Assembly: GCA_030324005.1 (NCBI GenBank)
Contig: JARDVH010000099.1
Coordinates: 49,136,343-49,200,342 of the forward strand
From: Negaprion brevirostris
Lineage: Eukaryota
Reading direction: 5' to 3'
DNA: 64,000 bases
The position numbers and the translations under genes are program-made. The notes beneath the pieces were generated by a model. The model was not told the origin of the DNA and did no database searches. It was given only the letters and a program-made list of their open reading frames with translations. Shown piece by piece: positions 35,520 through 47,280 of the stretch; position 1 is the stretch's first letter; each line of letters begins with the position of its first letter.

Positions 35520-35720
35520 GATCCAGACTCTGGATGAGTGCTGCTCCAACAACACTCAAGAAATTAACACCATCCAGGACAAAGCAGCCCACAATTTGAC
35601 TGACACCATATCCACAAACCTTCAGTCCCTCCACCACTAGCGAATAGTAACAGCAGTGTGTACTATCTATAAGATGCGCTGCAGGAGTTCACCAAAGCCC
35701 CTTAGACAGCACCTTCCAAC
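35520..35720 (+). mobile_element. Internal fragment of a CR1-group LINE ORF2
   Basis: Relic WMSAAPTTLKKL.TIQDKAA..SLHH..VAAVCTIYKM. Confidence 0.6.
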
Positions 35721-38104
35721 GTGACAATCATACCTCTCTGTGCCTGTTACCGGGTGGCAAATTCCTCTCCCTCCCATTGTAGACTCCCAATCTGATCTTC
35801 CAGTAACTACTCTTTGCCGGTGGGGTCTTCAGGCTGAGTGCTCTCTTGACCTCTCTCGCAGGGCCTTCGATTTCCTCCACCCCCATCGTTGAGGCTTCTG
35901 ATCTCCCTGATAAGACTTCTAACCACCCCTCCTTTCTCTTTTCCTCACTCCGTCCTATGCTGGTGGCAATCTGAAGCTTACTATTCGTTTCTTGTTTCTG
36001 TGAATCGTTCTCCAGGGTACCTGACTGCGTTCTCTGCTGCAGATTATCCTATCACCATTGACAGTCTAGCTTGTCAATTTGACAGGATACTGGGTGTGAA
36101 ACAGAATTAAAATGTTGTAATGAGGTCTTGCTGCTAAATTGAGCAGATCTGGCACATTCTTGACCACACTCTGAATCCCCCTTCCCTGTGCATGTTGGGG
36201 CTTCAGTCTTTGGTACATTTCAGTAACATTGTAACAGTTGGCTGGTACCTGGTGCCTAAGTTCTTCTCCCTCCCTTCTTAAGTAATGGTGTATCATTGTA
36301 ATTTTCAAATCCAATTAATTCTTGAACCCACTGAACTTTGGAAACTTATGGTCGTTGCATCTGCAATTTTCTAATCTATTTAATTCTCAGGATGGAAACC
36401 ATCAGATGTGGGAGATTTGGCTATCTTTTGAGTTCCATTATTTTCCTTATTGCCTTTTTTTGACTTTTATTAAATCCACTAAATTCTTCCTGTTGACTTT
36501 ATTTTGGGTTCCTTTGTAATGTTGGTATTTTGCCTTTAACTTCCATTGTGAAAACAGATACTAAGTGCTCATTTAACAAGTCTGCAATTTCATTATTGCC
36601 CGTTATATTCCTGTATGTCTTTCCCTTTCGTAATCTGACATTAGCCTGTCTGTTCATCTTACATTTCAAAAATTGTTAACTTTGATATCCTTTGCAGGCA
36701 GGATTTTTCTTATTTCTTTTGCTTCCCCTTCTTTACTGTTTTTTGTATCATGATGTTGCTTTTTGATAGCTCTCCCAGTTATGTGGATTTCTAACTTTTC
36801 TTGCATTCATGTAAACCTTTCCTTTTAGATTGATGTCTCATCTGTTGAACATAATTGCCTAACTAAATAAATGGCACCTTTATCTTTTTAGTCGTAAGTG
36901 CTGGTTTTATTGTTATACTAAATAACCTCATTGAATACTTCCCACTGTATCTGTAGGTTTACCTATTAATGATTCATTGCAGTTAACTTTGATAAAATCA
37001 TTTCTTATCCCTTCAGTGTGTTCCATATTTAAAACTGTAAACCTGGGTTTGAGACTGCCTCTTCTCGTTCACGATCCAAATATCAATTCAATCAGATTAC
37101 CATCAGTCTGTTCATGTACCTTTCCTGCTCGATTGTTAACCATCTAGTTTGTTTCTACCATTAAATCTAGTAAAAAATGTAACTCTGTTCTTGTTACTGG
37201 TTTAAGATTTTTTTTGTTACATGCTTCCCCAATTTCTATATTTGTACATTCTCCCTTTAGATCACTGTTGTAAGGAGTGTGTAGACAACTCCCACCAGTT
37301 TTTACATCCTCTGCAGTTCCTTAATTTTGTCTATAGTGTTTCCAAAGCCTGATCAACCCGAGTGAAATCCTTTCTTTTGTTCTAATTGTGTGCAATTGTT
37401 TTTTAAAAAATCAATATTACTACTACCCCTCTTTATCAATTTCCTTGTCTATCCCAAAGAATTTATAACCTGGAATTTCTGGCTCACAACCATGCTAAGC
37501 TCATAATCAGGTTTTTTTGTTAATATCCATGTCAAATATTTTCAAAAAGATAAATGCTAGGCTAAATGAATCTGTTTGGAAGCTCTGCTGTTTCCTTTCT
37601 CTGTCTCGATGGTTGTTCTGTCTGTTCCCTGCCTGCTATAATATGTAATCGTTTGTTGTGTCCTAGTTGGCAATCTTCCTCAAACCTGTCCTTTTGTCCC
37701 CGAATATGCACAATCCATTCTCCTCTGCTAGAGTTTCTCCCTTCAGTCATGATGCCTCTTTACTCTGGGCACCCGTGCAGTGAAGATGCCTGACAGGATT
37801 TTGGGTGACAGCAGCTGGTGGACCCCTGGGGCAGTTGTGTTTTACTGGTATTTGGTTAGGACATTGGAATTAAAGTCAGTAGCATATATAAACAAATTTA
37901 TTGAACTATAATTAATGTTGCTGCATTTTGAAAATATTTTCCGTTTATATCCTACAATGGGAGTTAGTTTATATTGGTAAGCAATAAATCCAGATAGGAA
38001 GAAGAACGTGTCCTCGTCCAGTTGATTATTTTGTTACAGGTATAGTTCCATGATAGCCTAGTGGTGAAACAGTAAGGCTGCTGTCTTTTCAATAAAGCTA
38101 ACCA

Positions 38105-38225
38105 TCATAGAAACATGGAAAATAGGAGCAGGGGTAGGCCATTCTGCCCTTCGAGCCTGCTCCGCCATTCAACGTGATCATGGCTGATTCTCTATCTCAA
38201 CGCCATACTCTCGCTCTTCCCCCCA
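38105..38225 (-). mobile_element. CR1 3' tail
   Basis: catagaaacat..ggagcaggggtaggccatt..cttcgagcctgctccgccattcaa. Confidence 0.8.
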
Positions 38226-38654
38226 ATGTAACCTTGCCCACATAGCTCATTTTCATGTACATGAACAGTGATTGTTATGTGTGGAAAGTTTACAACTGAC
38301 TATTCCTCTCCTCGCTTGGCATGTGCACCCACCCGCTGTTCAGCAGCAGTCACTGGATAGCCAGAGAAGACAATGTAGTGGCCCCCATTTGTTTAGTTAC
38401 AGTAGCCCTAATTGGTTCTTGATATGACTGAGACCAGAGTTAATTGCAGTGATGAAGTGTACTAAATTGAGGGGCTTTAATCAACCATTAAGCACTTTTA
38501 ATGAAAGTAAATTGGAAAAGTTCAGTTATGATCAACGTGTGTTTGCATGTCAAACTGGGCTCAAATTTGGACTGCTGGTTATTCCAAACTGCTCACGTCA
38601 GAAATGTGGAGGTTCACAGACATTTTCAAAATCCCACTTGTTAGAAAAATTCAT

Positions 38655-38990
38655 TCATGGTATGTGAGTATCGCTGACTGGGTCAACATCTATTGCCCAT
38701 CCCTAATTGCCCTTGAAATGTGTGGCTGTTCTTTTTAGAGGGCATTTAAGAGTCAGCCGCCTTCCTGAAATCTGAAGTCATGTGTAGGCCAAACCAGTCA
38801 AGATTGGCAGATTTCCTTCCCTAGAGGACATTAGTGAACCAGGTGGGTTTTTACAACAATCGACAATGGTCGTCATTAGGCTTTTAATTCCAGATTTTCT
38901 CAAGTTCAAATTTGAACCTGGGTCCCCAGTGCATTAACCTGGCTCACTGCGTTACCAGTCCAGTGACAATACCACTAGGTCACTGCCCTT
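38655..38990 (-). mobile_element. tRNA-derived MetaSINE-like element
   Basis: Homologous to 46930-47280. Central ggcagatttccttccctagaggacattagtgaacca. Confidence 0.72.
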
Positions 38991-40592
38991 AGGAGGGATA
39001 TGCAGCCAATTTCTCCGCCAGTAGGGAAGGAATTGAATAATTCCATCTAAGTCCATATTCAGGGTGTCTTTTATACAGACTTAGAATGTTTTTTCACTGA
39101 GGAGTGCTTGAATTGAGGATAAGACTGATTTTTCACATGGTCTATATCCTAGAAATCAGCATCTGAATTGTCTGCTGATAAATGTCATTTAAACGTAATA
39201 TTCACCAAAGAAAACTAAATGATCAACAGAAGTAGAGAAAAAATTGAAACAAAAGCTAATGAAAGTTTAATATGCCCAAAATTGACAGAAAAGGAAAATT
39301 TAAAGACTGTTAAAATTTGTAACTGTTCAATTCAAAAGGAAATGGTACTCAGGGTAACTGTGGCTTCTTGAGCTTTCCAGGTAACTAACTGTTCGGGAAC
39401 TTTGAGTCACTGCTGCAGGAAATGCTGATGGTATTGTGGGAATTGACTAAGAAATTACTGACTCTAGATCCAAATGTATAGATCGTTAAAATGCCAAAAC
39501 TGCTGAAGAATCCTCAGTGAATGAATGTGGCTACTGACATTAACTTGTAGTCCATTTATATTGGAGAAACACCCACAGAGGTAGTAGTCTTCTGCAGTCT
39601 CCCAACTGTCTTAAAATAACTGAATCAATCGCAGCTTATGTAGTTTGTTAAAAAAAATCAAAATTTTCTTCAATACGTTCATAAAACCACTTGACTTTGC
39701 AATTTGATGTTAGGACATGTTCTTCAGATATTCTGGCAGGCAAAGTTGGAAAACCAACTATTAAAAATTTGCACTCAAATTACTGGTCTGTGGTACTGTG
39801 CCACAAGTACCCACTATTGTAACTACAGCAGGTACATTGGATAGAGGAAAGGAATCAATTTTCCATCATGACAGGAGGAGGGGAGGGAGAAAAGCCACTT
39901 TGCGGCAAAATGTTAACTGGTTTTGGAAAGGCATTTGCCACCTCCCCCCCAAAGCATTTACTGTGGAAGATAAATAATTAAAATGCAAAATACTGCATTT
40001 CTGTTTACATCATAGAGCACCAGTTGGGTCAGATACAACCCAGCTGTATTCCATGCATATTCCACAGGACTTGGCAGCAGAAATATTCATGTTTTAGTAA
40101 GTAAGTTTATGAAAGCTCAATTGCTGCAGATTTAAAGAAGTAAAAGTGATTAAATATGACATTGAACAGATGGAGACTATCTACTCGCCTGATGTATCTG
40201 GCTCTAATTATATTATCATTGGTTTCGCCTGGCTTGGAGGAGGTGTTTCCAGGGGCTGATTTACAGTCATTTATAAAACACCTGTTTGGGAAAACTATCT
40301 GCCGACGGCCAATTTAAAAAAAAAATTCACAGATGTGCTTTCTTCATGTCAGCACACTGTAAATATTCTCAGGCTTTATGAGGGAAGAGGAAAGGAGACA
40401 GTGAAAACATTTGTCCAGCATTTTTCTGTCATTCCATTTTAAGGTGTTTCTTTTGGGGTTCTGTACGATCTAAGTAAATTCATTTTTAAATGCAACTTGC
40501 AAACTGGTTTGACATTGGGATAAATGTGCATACAATGTCCTGCTCATTCTGTGTTGATGGAGACCTGATAATGTCTGCATTTGTTTCTCAAG

Positions 40593-40640
40593 GTTTTACT
40601 TGTGTTGGATTGCAGAACACAGGAGACCTTCATCTTAAAA
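40593..40640 (+). CDS. RPS6KC1: RPS6KC1 coding exon (~exon 9)
   Basis: Acceptor tttctcaag| and donor AAA|gtaagc. 48 nt encoding VLLVLDCRTQETFILK (FILK in the VAIK position). Phase 0-0. Confidence 0.94.
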
Positions 40641-41454
40641 GTAAGCAGCTGTTTACAATTCTTACTATTTCACGGCTCGATTATAAAAATGCAACTTTGT
40701 CATTTAGTTGCTGTTTGCTGTAGCGTATCCCCAATCAACCATCTCATTTCTGGATCCCATTCCCACCGTTGGGATGAAATGTGGAATGGGAACGGGAAAG
40801 TCCCGATGGCTGGATCCAGAGAGAATTTTGTGGGAGGCAGCCATGAAACTCCGTACAAATTAAATTGGCAAACAGGCTCCTAAATCTTGAGGACGAATAT
40901 CCTAACCCTAAAAGTTCACAGACCACTGTCAGGTGGGCACTGCTGAAGATTACAGAGAGGTGCGAGGGCACGTCCATTCCTGGTTGCTGATTACATATAG
41001 GGGATACAAGAAGGGCCAAAGGGTTTGGGGTCATTAGACAATAGAGGGTAAACCCCTTCCCTCCCACAGTAAGGAGCACTGTCACAGATGCAGCCATTTA
41101 TTAGCTTGGCACCTTCCCCCATTGAATGGAACATTTGACTTGTCTACCTAACCTACTCCTGTAAATCCATCACGTTTTACAGATGACCTCTGAGCTTAAA
41201 GGGCACCCATATGCAGGCTGGCCATCAAGGGTGCTGCCCTGCATCCATGGGCCCAAGTCTTTCTCTTGTTCCCCTGCTTGCCTCAGTTCTACTGCTGTAA
41301 TATGGAAGGAAAAGAGAGAAATTGCACCAGATCTTTGTGTGGAGTGCTAGTGAGAATCTGTTTGCCCAAAGACTGATGATAGTAAGGCCAGACTTGATGC
41401 ACCTTTTCGACTTTGTAGTCATTTGCTCCTTTAAAAGTCTGGATGGAAGCATAC

Positions 41455-41630
41455 AAAGTTGTTTCAAGTCACATTCCAGAGACTTGGGCGCATAATCTGG
41501 GCTGATACTAATGCAGTGCTGAGGGAGTGTTGCCATGTCGGAGGGTGCTGCCTTAAATGGATACAGAGATACCATGGTATCACTTTGAAGTAGAGCAGGA
41601 CAATTCTCCCATTGTCCTGCCAAATGTTCA
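41455..41630 (+). mobile_element. Deu-domain SINE 5' part, broken by (CA)n and a gap
   Basis: ttcaagtc..ccagagacttg..ggctga..tgcagtgctgagggagtg..gtcggagg..tttgaagtagagcagg. Confidence 0.7.
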
Positions 41631-44477
41631 CACACACANNNNNNNNNNNNNNNNNNNNNNNNNNNNNNNNNNNNNNNNNNNNNNNNNNNNNNNNNNNNNN
41701 NNNNNNNNNNNNNNNNNNNNNNNNNNNNNNNNNNNNNNNNNNNNNNNNNNNNNNNNNNNNNNNNNNNNNNNNNNNNNGAATCTGTGTTTCGATCTCTGTC
41801 TCTTTTTAGCTTGACAGCTGTTATCATAAATGAAAACAGTTTGGGCACTCTCAGTCCATTTTAGGCAGCAGAAAACTGCCTGTAATTATTCACCAATTGA
41901 CAATAATTCAACAATCACATACAAGGTGCCTTAAGGATGACTGATTTCAGAAGCAGACATCTCTCAGGCTGGTAAGGTGCAGGGTGCTCTTCCCAATTTG
42001 GGTGTGTTATTGCAGTTCCACTTGTGCTGCACTGATGCTCAGTGAGAGTAAAATGAATATTCTCCCGCTACCTATTCTTTGTCTTGGTAACTCATTCTAG
42101 ATGACCTTTTATGCATTACTGAATTACCAATTTGTCAGTGAGGAAAAAAAATAGTGAGCTAGCCCTTTATTGTGGATCGCTTTTTAATATATAGTCAATG
42201 GAAATTCCAGTTGGCCTAGATATGTTGGTCAAAATGGTTGTTAATTTTGGGACTTGGCTGATTTACTTACTATTTAAGATAATAGTAAAATTCCAACATG
42301 TTTCCAAACCGTTTTCCTATAGNNNNNNNNNNNNNNNNNNNNNNNNNNNNNNNNNNNNNNNNNNNNNNNNNNNNNNNNNNNNNNNNNNNNNNNNNNNNNN
42401 NNNNNNNNNNNNNNNNNNNNNNNNNNNNNNNNNNNNNNNNNNNNNNNNNNNNNNNNNNNNNNNNNNNNNNNNNNNNNNNNNNNNNNNNNNNNNNNNNNNN
42501 NNNNNNNNNNNNNNNNNNNNNNNNNNNNNNNNNNNNNNNNNNNNNNNNNNNNNNNNNNNNNNNNNNNNNNNNNNNNNNNNNNNNNNNNNNNNNNNNNNNN
42601 NNNNGGAAACCTGAGCGGGGGAGGGGGGAGGGGGTTGGGCACAGTCGGTGAGGCCAGAAGGTACCACCCTCGTGAACAGCCAGAACCTCTCCAATCGTCC
42701 CCCCCAAATCGTCCACGCTCCAGGTCCCAACCCTGATCACCTCTGACCTTTCATGTTCTGATGCCAAGCCTGAACCCTAATCATTCGCAGTTCTGATCGC
42801 TTGTTCTCCCAACCTTAAATTGATGGTACCTTGCCTTTCTGACTCCAGGCTTCCTGTCCCAAACAGATCTTGACCTGGGCTCCTGATGACGTAACCAACC
42901 ACTTTCAACACGCACCAATGCCATCCCCAAACCCCTGACCTGATCCCAACTCCTGGCTCATGTTTTTCAGAATCACCAACCCAATCTCACGCCCAGCCTC
43001 CTGACTTCAGGGCCTTTGCGCCAAATTGATTTCGTAGCTCCTGAGACCCCAAGGGCCAGACTCTAGACAGGTAACTCGTCAGGAAATTCCCTGATTTGGC
43101 AAACCTGCATTGGAAAACAATACCCCAACAGAGTGGGGCTTGCCTTCCCCAGAAGCAGTTCAGATGTGGCTGAACGCTGAGGCACGCAGGCTTGGTTTTC
43201 TGGAACTGTGCCCCAGTTGTTTAGTTACATTTGATGCCCTCTAACCATTACATCCCATCACCCACCCATCAGCTCCCCATGCGAACTCATGTCCCCACAC
43301 CCACCCCCATTCCCTCCTCTTAGAGCTGCCAAGCCAACTTATCGTCCTTAAATGGCCACTCAGCCAGTATATTCTTTGTACAGAGCCAATGAACCGTATG
43401 TAACAATAACGTGTGTGAAACTGCTTTAAAATGCCAATTCCAAATTCTTTAGAAAATTGTGTTCCTTACAACCCTATAATCATCAGACTATTAAAAGTAT
43501 CAATAAAATAAGCTTTAAGCACTTCATTCTTAATCTTGTGCAAATAAACTTTGAAAAATTGACAAAAAAGAACTTGTAACCACATAAAAATGACGAACAA
43601 GCAAAGTCAACAGCTCTATCCAGGTGTGTAAGTAATCTCCCACTCACATCATCATTTCATGTGGCTGGTCTCTTTTCCATGCCTCATTATATGTACACTT
43701 GTATTTTTTTCCTAAGCAATTTCACACATGCTATTGTTACTACAGGATTCACCAGTTCTGTACCGAGTGTATACTGGATGAATGAGCATGGAAAGGCCAA
43801 AGTTTCGCATGGAGGGTATGATGGGCCATTGGGGTGGGTGGGTGAGGGGGGCATGCCATTGAGTCTCGATGGAAGGGGCATGGGAACATTAATAAAACCT
43901 TTTGAACTTTCAAAAATGTTCCTAAACCCAGACTATAGTTCAAAACTTCTGAGGTCCATGAACCATGAGTCATGAAAAAGCTGGCTCGGTTATGTGGAAA
44001 TTCTGGCGGTGGTTGGGGTGCCCCTAGGAGATCCCCACAATAGAATTGACCAGGTCAGGAATGCAGGGTGTAAGCTTGCCGCCAGCACCCTTATTGCATG
44101 CCAGTGAAAATTAGGGGTGCCAGGAAGCAGGTTGAGAATCATGAAATTGGGTCCCATTCACCATTTTAAAATGTCCCTAACCTTTGTCAGGACACAGTAG
44201 AGGCATGAAAATCCAGGCCCTGGGTCACTGACGCAGCAAGCTGATCAACTGCACCAACCCACCCATCTCCCAACCGTTGTCTCATTACCACATGGTCGAC
44301 CCAAACCCAATTATCTGATGGTCCGAAGGTAGATTTTACTCTAATCTTTACTGCTGAGCTATTGTACCGTGTTAATTGCATTACTGAGACCCAGTATTGG
44401 AGCCACCTCAAACCTCACTGTTCAGGTAAACCCAACTATCTAGGCCATGATCTTGCTGGTAAATTTTCTGTTAATAT

Positions 44478-45190
44478 AGAAACATAAAAGATAAAAAGGA
44501 GGCCATTTGGCCCTTCGAGCCTGCTCGGCCATTCATTACAATCGTGGCTGATGGCTCAACTCAGTCATGCTTTCTCTCTATAACCTTTGATCCCATTTGC
44601 CCAAAGTGCTACATCTAGCTGCCTCTTGAAAATGTTTAATGTTTTGGCATCAACTACTTCCTTTGGTAATGAATTCCACAGACTCACCACTCTTTGGGTG
44701 AAGAAATGTTTCCTCATTCTCTTCCTAAATGGTCTACCCCGAATCCTTACTGTAACCCCTGGTTCTGGACACTCCCACCAATGGGAACATCCTTTCTGCA
44801 TCTACCCTGTCTAGTCCTGACAAAATTTTGTAAGTCTCTACGAGATCCCCCTCATTGGTCTGAACTCCAGTGAAAACATTCCTAATCTAGTCAATGTCTC
44901 CTCATACATCAGTCCCACCATCCCCGGAATCAGCCTGGTAAACCTTCACTGCACTTTCTCGAGAGCAAGAACATCCTTCCTCAGAAAAGGAGACCAAAAC
45001 TGTACACAGAATTATTGCTGAGGCCTCACCAAAGCCCTGTATAATTGCAACAACGCATCCATGCTCCTGTACTCAAAACCTCTCGCAATGAAGGTCAACA
45101 TACTGTTTGCCACCTTTACCGCCTGCTGCACCTGCATGCTTACCTTCAGTGGCTGATACACAAGGATACCCAGGTCCTGCTGCATAGTCC
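44478..45190 (-). mobile_element. CR1 LINE 3' fragment
   Basis: RGRPFRKRMRKHFFTQRVVSLWNSLPKEVVDAKTLNIFK (ORF 44565-44801). Confidence 0.9.
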
Positions 45191-45539
45191 CTCTCCCAGT
45201 TTAATTGAGCCATCATTAAGCAAGAATCTGGTGTTCCGTACTTCTGTGTGTTAGTGCAATATGAATTGATACAACCCATACGAACATACAAATTAGGAAC
45301 AGGAATAGAACCTGTGGTCCCACAAGGCTGCTGTTTCATTTGCAATGATTATGGCTGATCTTTTTATGGCCTCCACTTTCCTGTCTACCTACTGCACCCT
45401 TGGATTCTTGAGTGACAAAGCAGTCAATCTAATAACCCTGCATCTCCTGTTGTCCGGGGAAGAGAACTTCCACAGCCTAACAATCCTCTGAGAGAAAAAC
45501 AAAATTGTCCTTGCCTCCATCTGAAATGGAAGACCCCTT

Positions 45540-45723
45540 GGGTGGGATTCTCCAGCCTCCCAGCTATGTCTTTCTCGATGGCAGGAGACAATGTGCCATT
45601 CGGGGGCAGCGGGATTCTGTGGTCCCAGCGCTGTGAATGGGATTTCCTGTTGAAGCCACCCCAAGCCACCAGGAAACCTGCGGGTGGGTGTTTGCTGGTG
45701 TAAACAGCCAAAGAGTCCCGCCC
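45540..45723. mobile_element. Harbinger-type MITE (184 bp) nested in a CR1 3' end
   Basis: TIRs gggtgggattct / agagtcccgccc, 3-bp TSD CTT (45537-45539 and 45724-45726). The flanking CR1 sequence resumes after it. Confidence 0.75.
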
Positions 45724-45909
45724 CTTTAAACTCTCTCTCCTGGTCTAGCCTCTCCAATAAGGAGAAATGTCTTTTCAGCAGAACCTGCTTACAGTCTACA
45801 GCCTGAAAATTCACACTAACCTTTTATTAGCCTGTGTGGTTTTCTATATAAAATTCTGTTGCATTTGTTCTGAGGAAAATAACCTAAGTATTATTCTGAT
45901 GACTTAGTT

Positions 45910-45933
45910 GAGAGAGAGAGAGAGAGAGAGAGA
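45910..45933. repeat. (GA)12 microsatellite
   Basis: Perfect dinucleotide run. Confidence 0.95.
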
Positions 45934-46182
45934 CTAATAAAAACGTTGACCCGTGTAATTGATTTTAATGGCAGCTCAGTGCCATCCTCAGTGTGTTGGA
46001 TAGCAGCCAAGTGCCATCAGTTAGGCCTTGGGGAGCTCGGGGCACCGAGCAGAAGATGAAGAGGACTAACTGGTTTTCTGAAGCACAGAATAGCACAAAT
46101 AGATTAGTGTAGTGGATAAGTGCGGAGCACAGCATGTTCTAAAGCAGCAGAGAGTACAACTGACCTTTCTGTTCTCTGTCAG

Positions 46183-46315
46183 AGTCTGAGGAAAAGCAGT
46201 GAGTGCAGCAGGAAAAGAAAGACCATCATTCCCCACTGTGTGCCCAACATGGTGCAATTGAAGAAGCAAATCGTCTCTGAAGACTCCATCTTTCTTTTGC
46301 TGCAGTATGCAGAAG
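46183..46315 (+). CDS. RPS6KC1: RPS6KC1 coding exon (~exon 10)
   Basis: Acceptor ttctctgtcag| and donor GAAG|gtgtgt. 133 nt encoding SLRKSSECSRKRKTIIPHCVPNMVQLKKQIVSEDSIFLLLQYAE(G). Phase 0 to 1. Confidence 0.95.
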
Positions 46316-46929
46316 GTGTGTGTGCTTCTTTATTGTGTTAAATTTAACCAGATTTGTGAGCTCACTTTTAACTTGCTGTTCAGTTCAACAGATTCCTTCC
46401 AAGAAAAGAATCTTCCATAAGCATTTTGTGAGGAGTAAGATACATTATTGTCACATTCTTGCAACATATTCCATCAAGAGACGATATTGCTTTTGGTAGG
46501 GAGTCCTAAGTGAGATGCTACAGTTCTGTGTTCTATGGGTGAAGTGTGTAACTTAGCATACAGGTTGTGGCAAGTAAGACAGATTTTTCAAATGTTTGCA
46601 GTTTGATCAATCTGCCCCTAATGCTGTGCAGATTAAGTCAATTGGAATTTTTAAGACCCGAGTTTGATAGATGTTTGAGAGTTATGGGTAGAGGGATATA
46701 GAACAATGGCAGATAAATGGAGTTGAGTTAAGTTTATTTGTGCATCAGCCATGGCTAATAGAACGCTGGAACAGATTCAGAGGGCCTTCCAGTCCTATGT
46801 TCATTTATTTAATAAATCCCGTCCTTGAGCAACATTCAAATGATTTCAAGTCCTGGAAAAGCTTTACTGCCATGGGGAAAAAATCATTAAACAAGTCCTG
46901 TGACAATTTTTTGTTAAATTCATTTTATG

Positions 46930-47280
46930 GGATAGCAGTGTCGCTAGCTGGGCCAGCATTTATTGCTTGTCGCTAACTGCCCTCCATTTCAGAAGACATT
47001 TGAGAGTCAACCAAAGTGCTGTGGGTCTGGAGTCACATGTAGGCTGGACCAGGTAAGGACAGCAGATTTCCTTCCCGAAAGGACATTATTGAAGCAGATG
47101 GGTTTTCACAACAATCAACAATGGTTTCACAGTCATCATTTAACTTTTAATTCCAGACTTTTATTGAATTTAAATTTTTCACTATCTGCCTTGGCAGGAT
47201 TTGAACCCGGATCCCCAGATCTTGCTCTAGATCTCTGGATTACTAGTCTAGTGACAATACCGCTGCACCACTATCTCCCC
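46930..47280 (-). mobile_element. tRNA-derived MetaSINE-like element, near full length
   Basis: Minus-strand head with A box (tggtgcagcgg) and B box (gggttcaaatcc), central gggaaggaaatctgctgtccttacctggtc..cctacatgtgactccagacccacagca, and tail aataaatgctggc. Confidence 0.75.
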
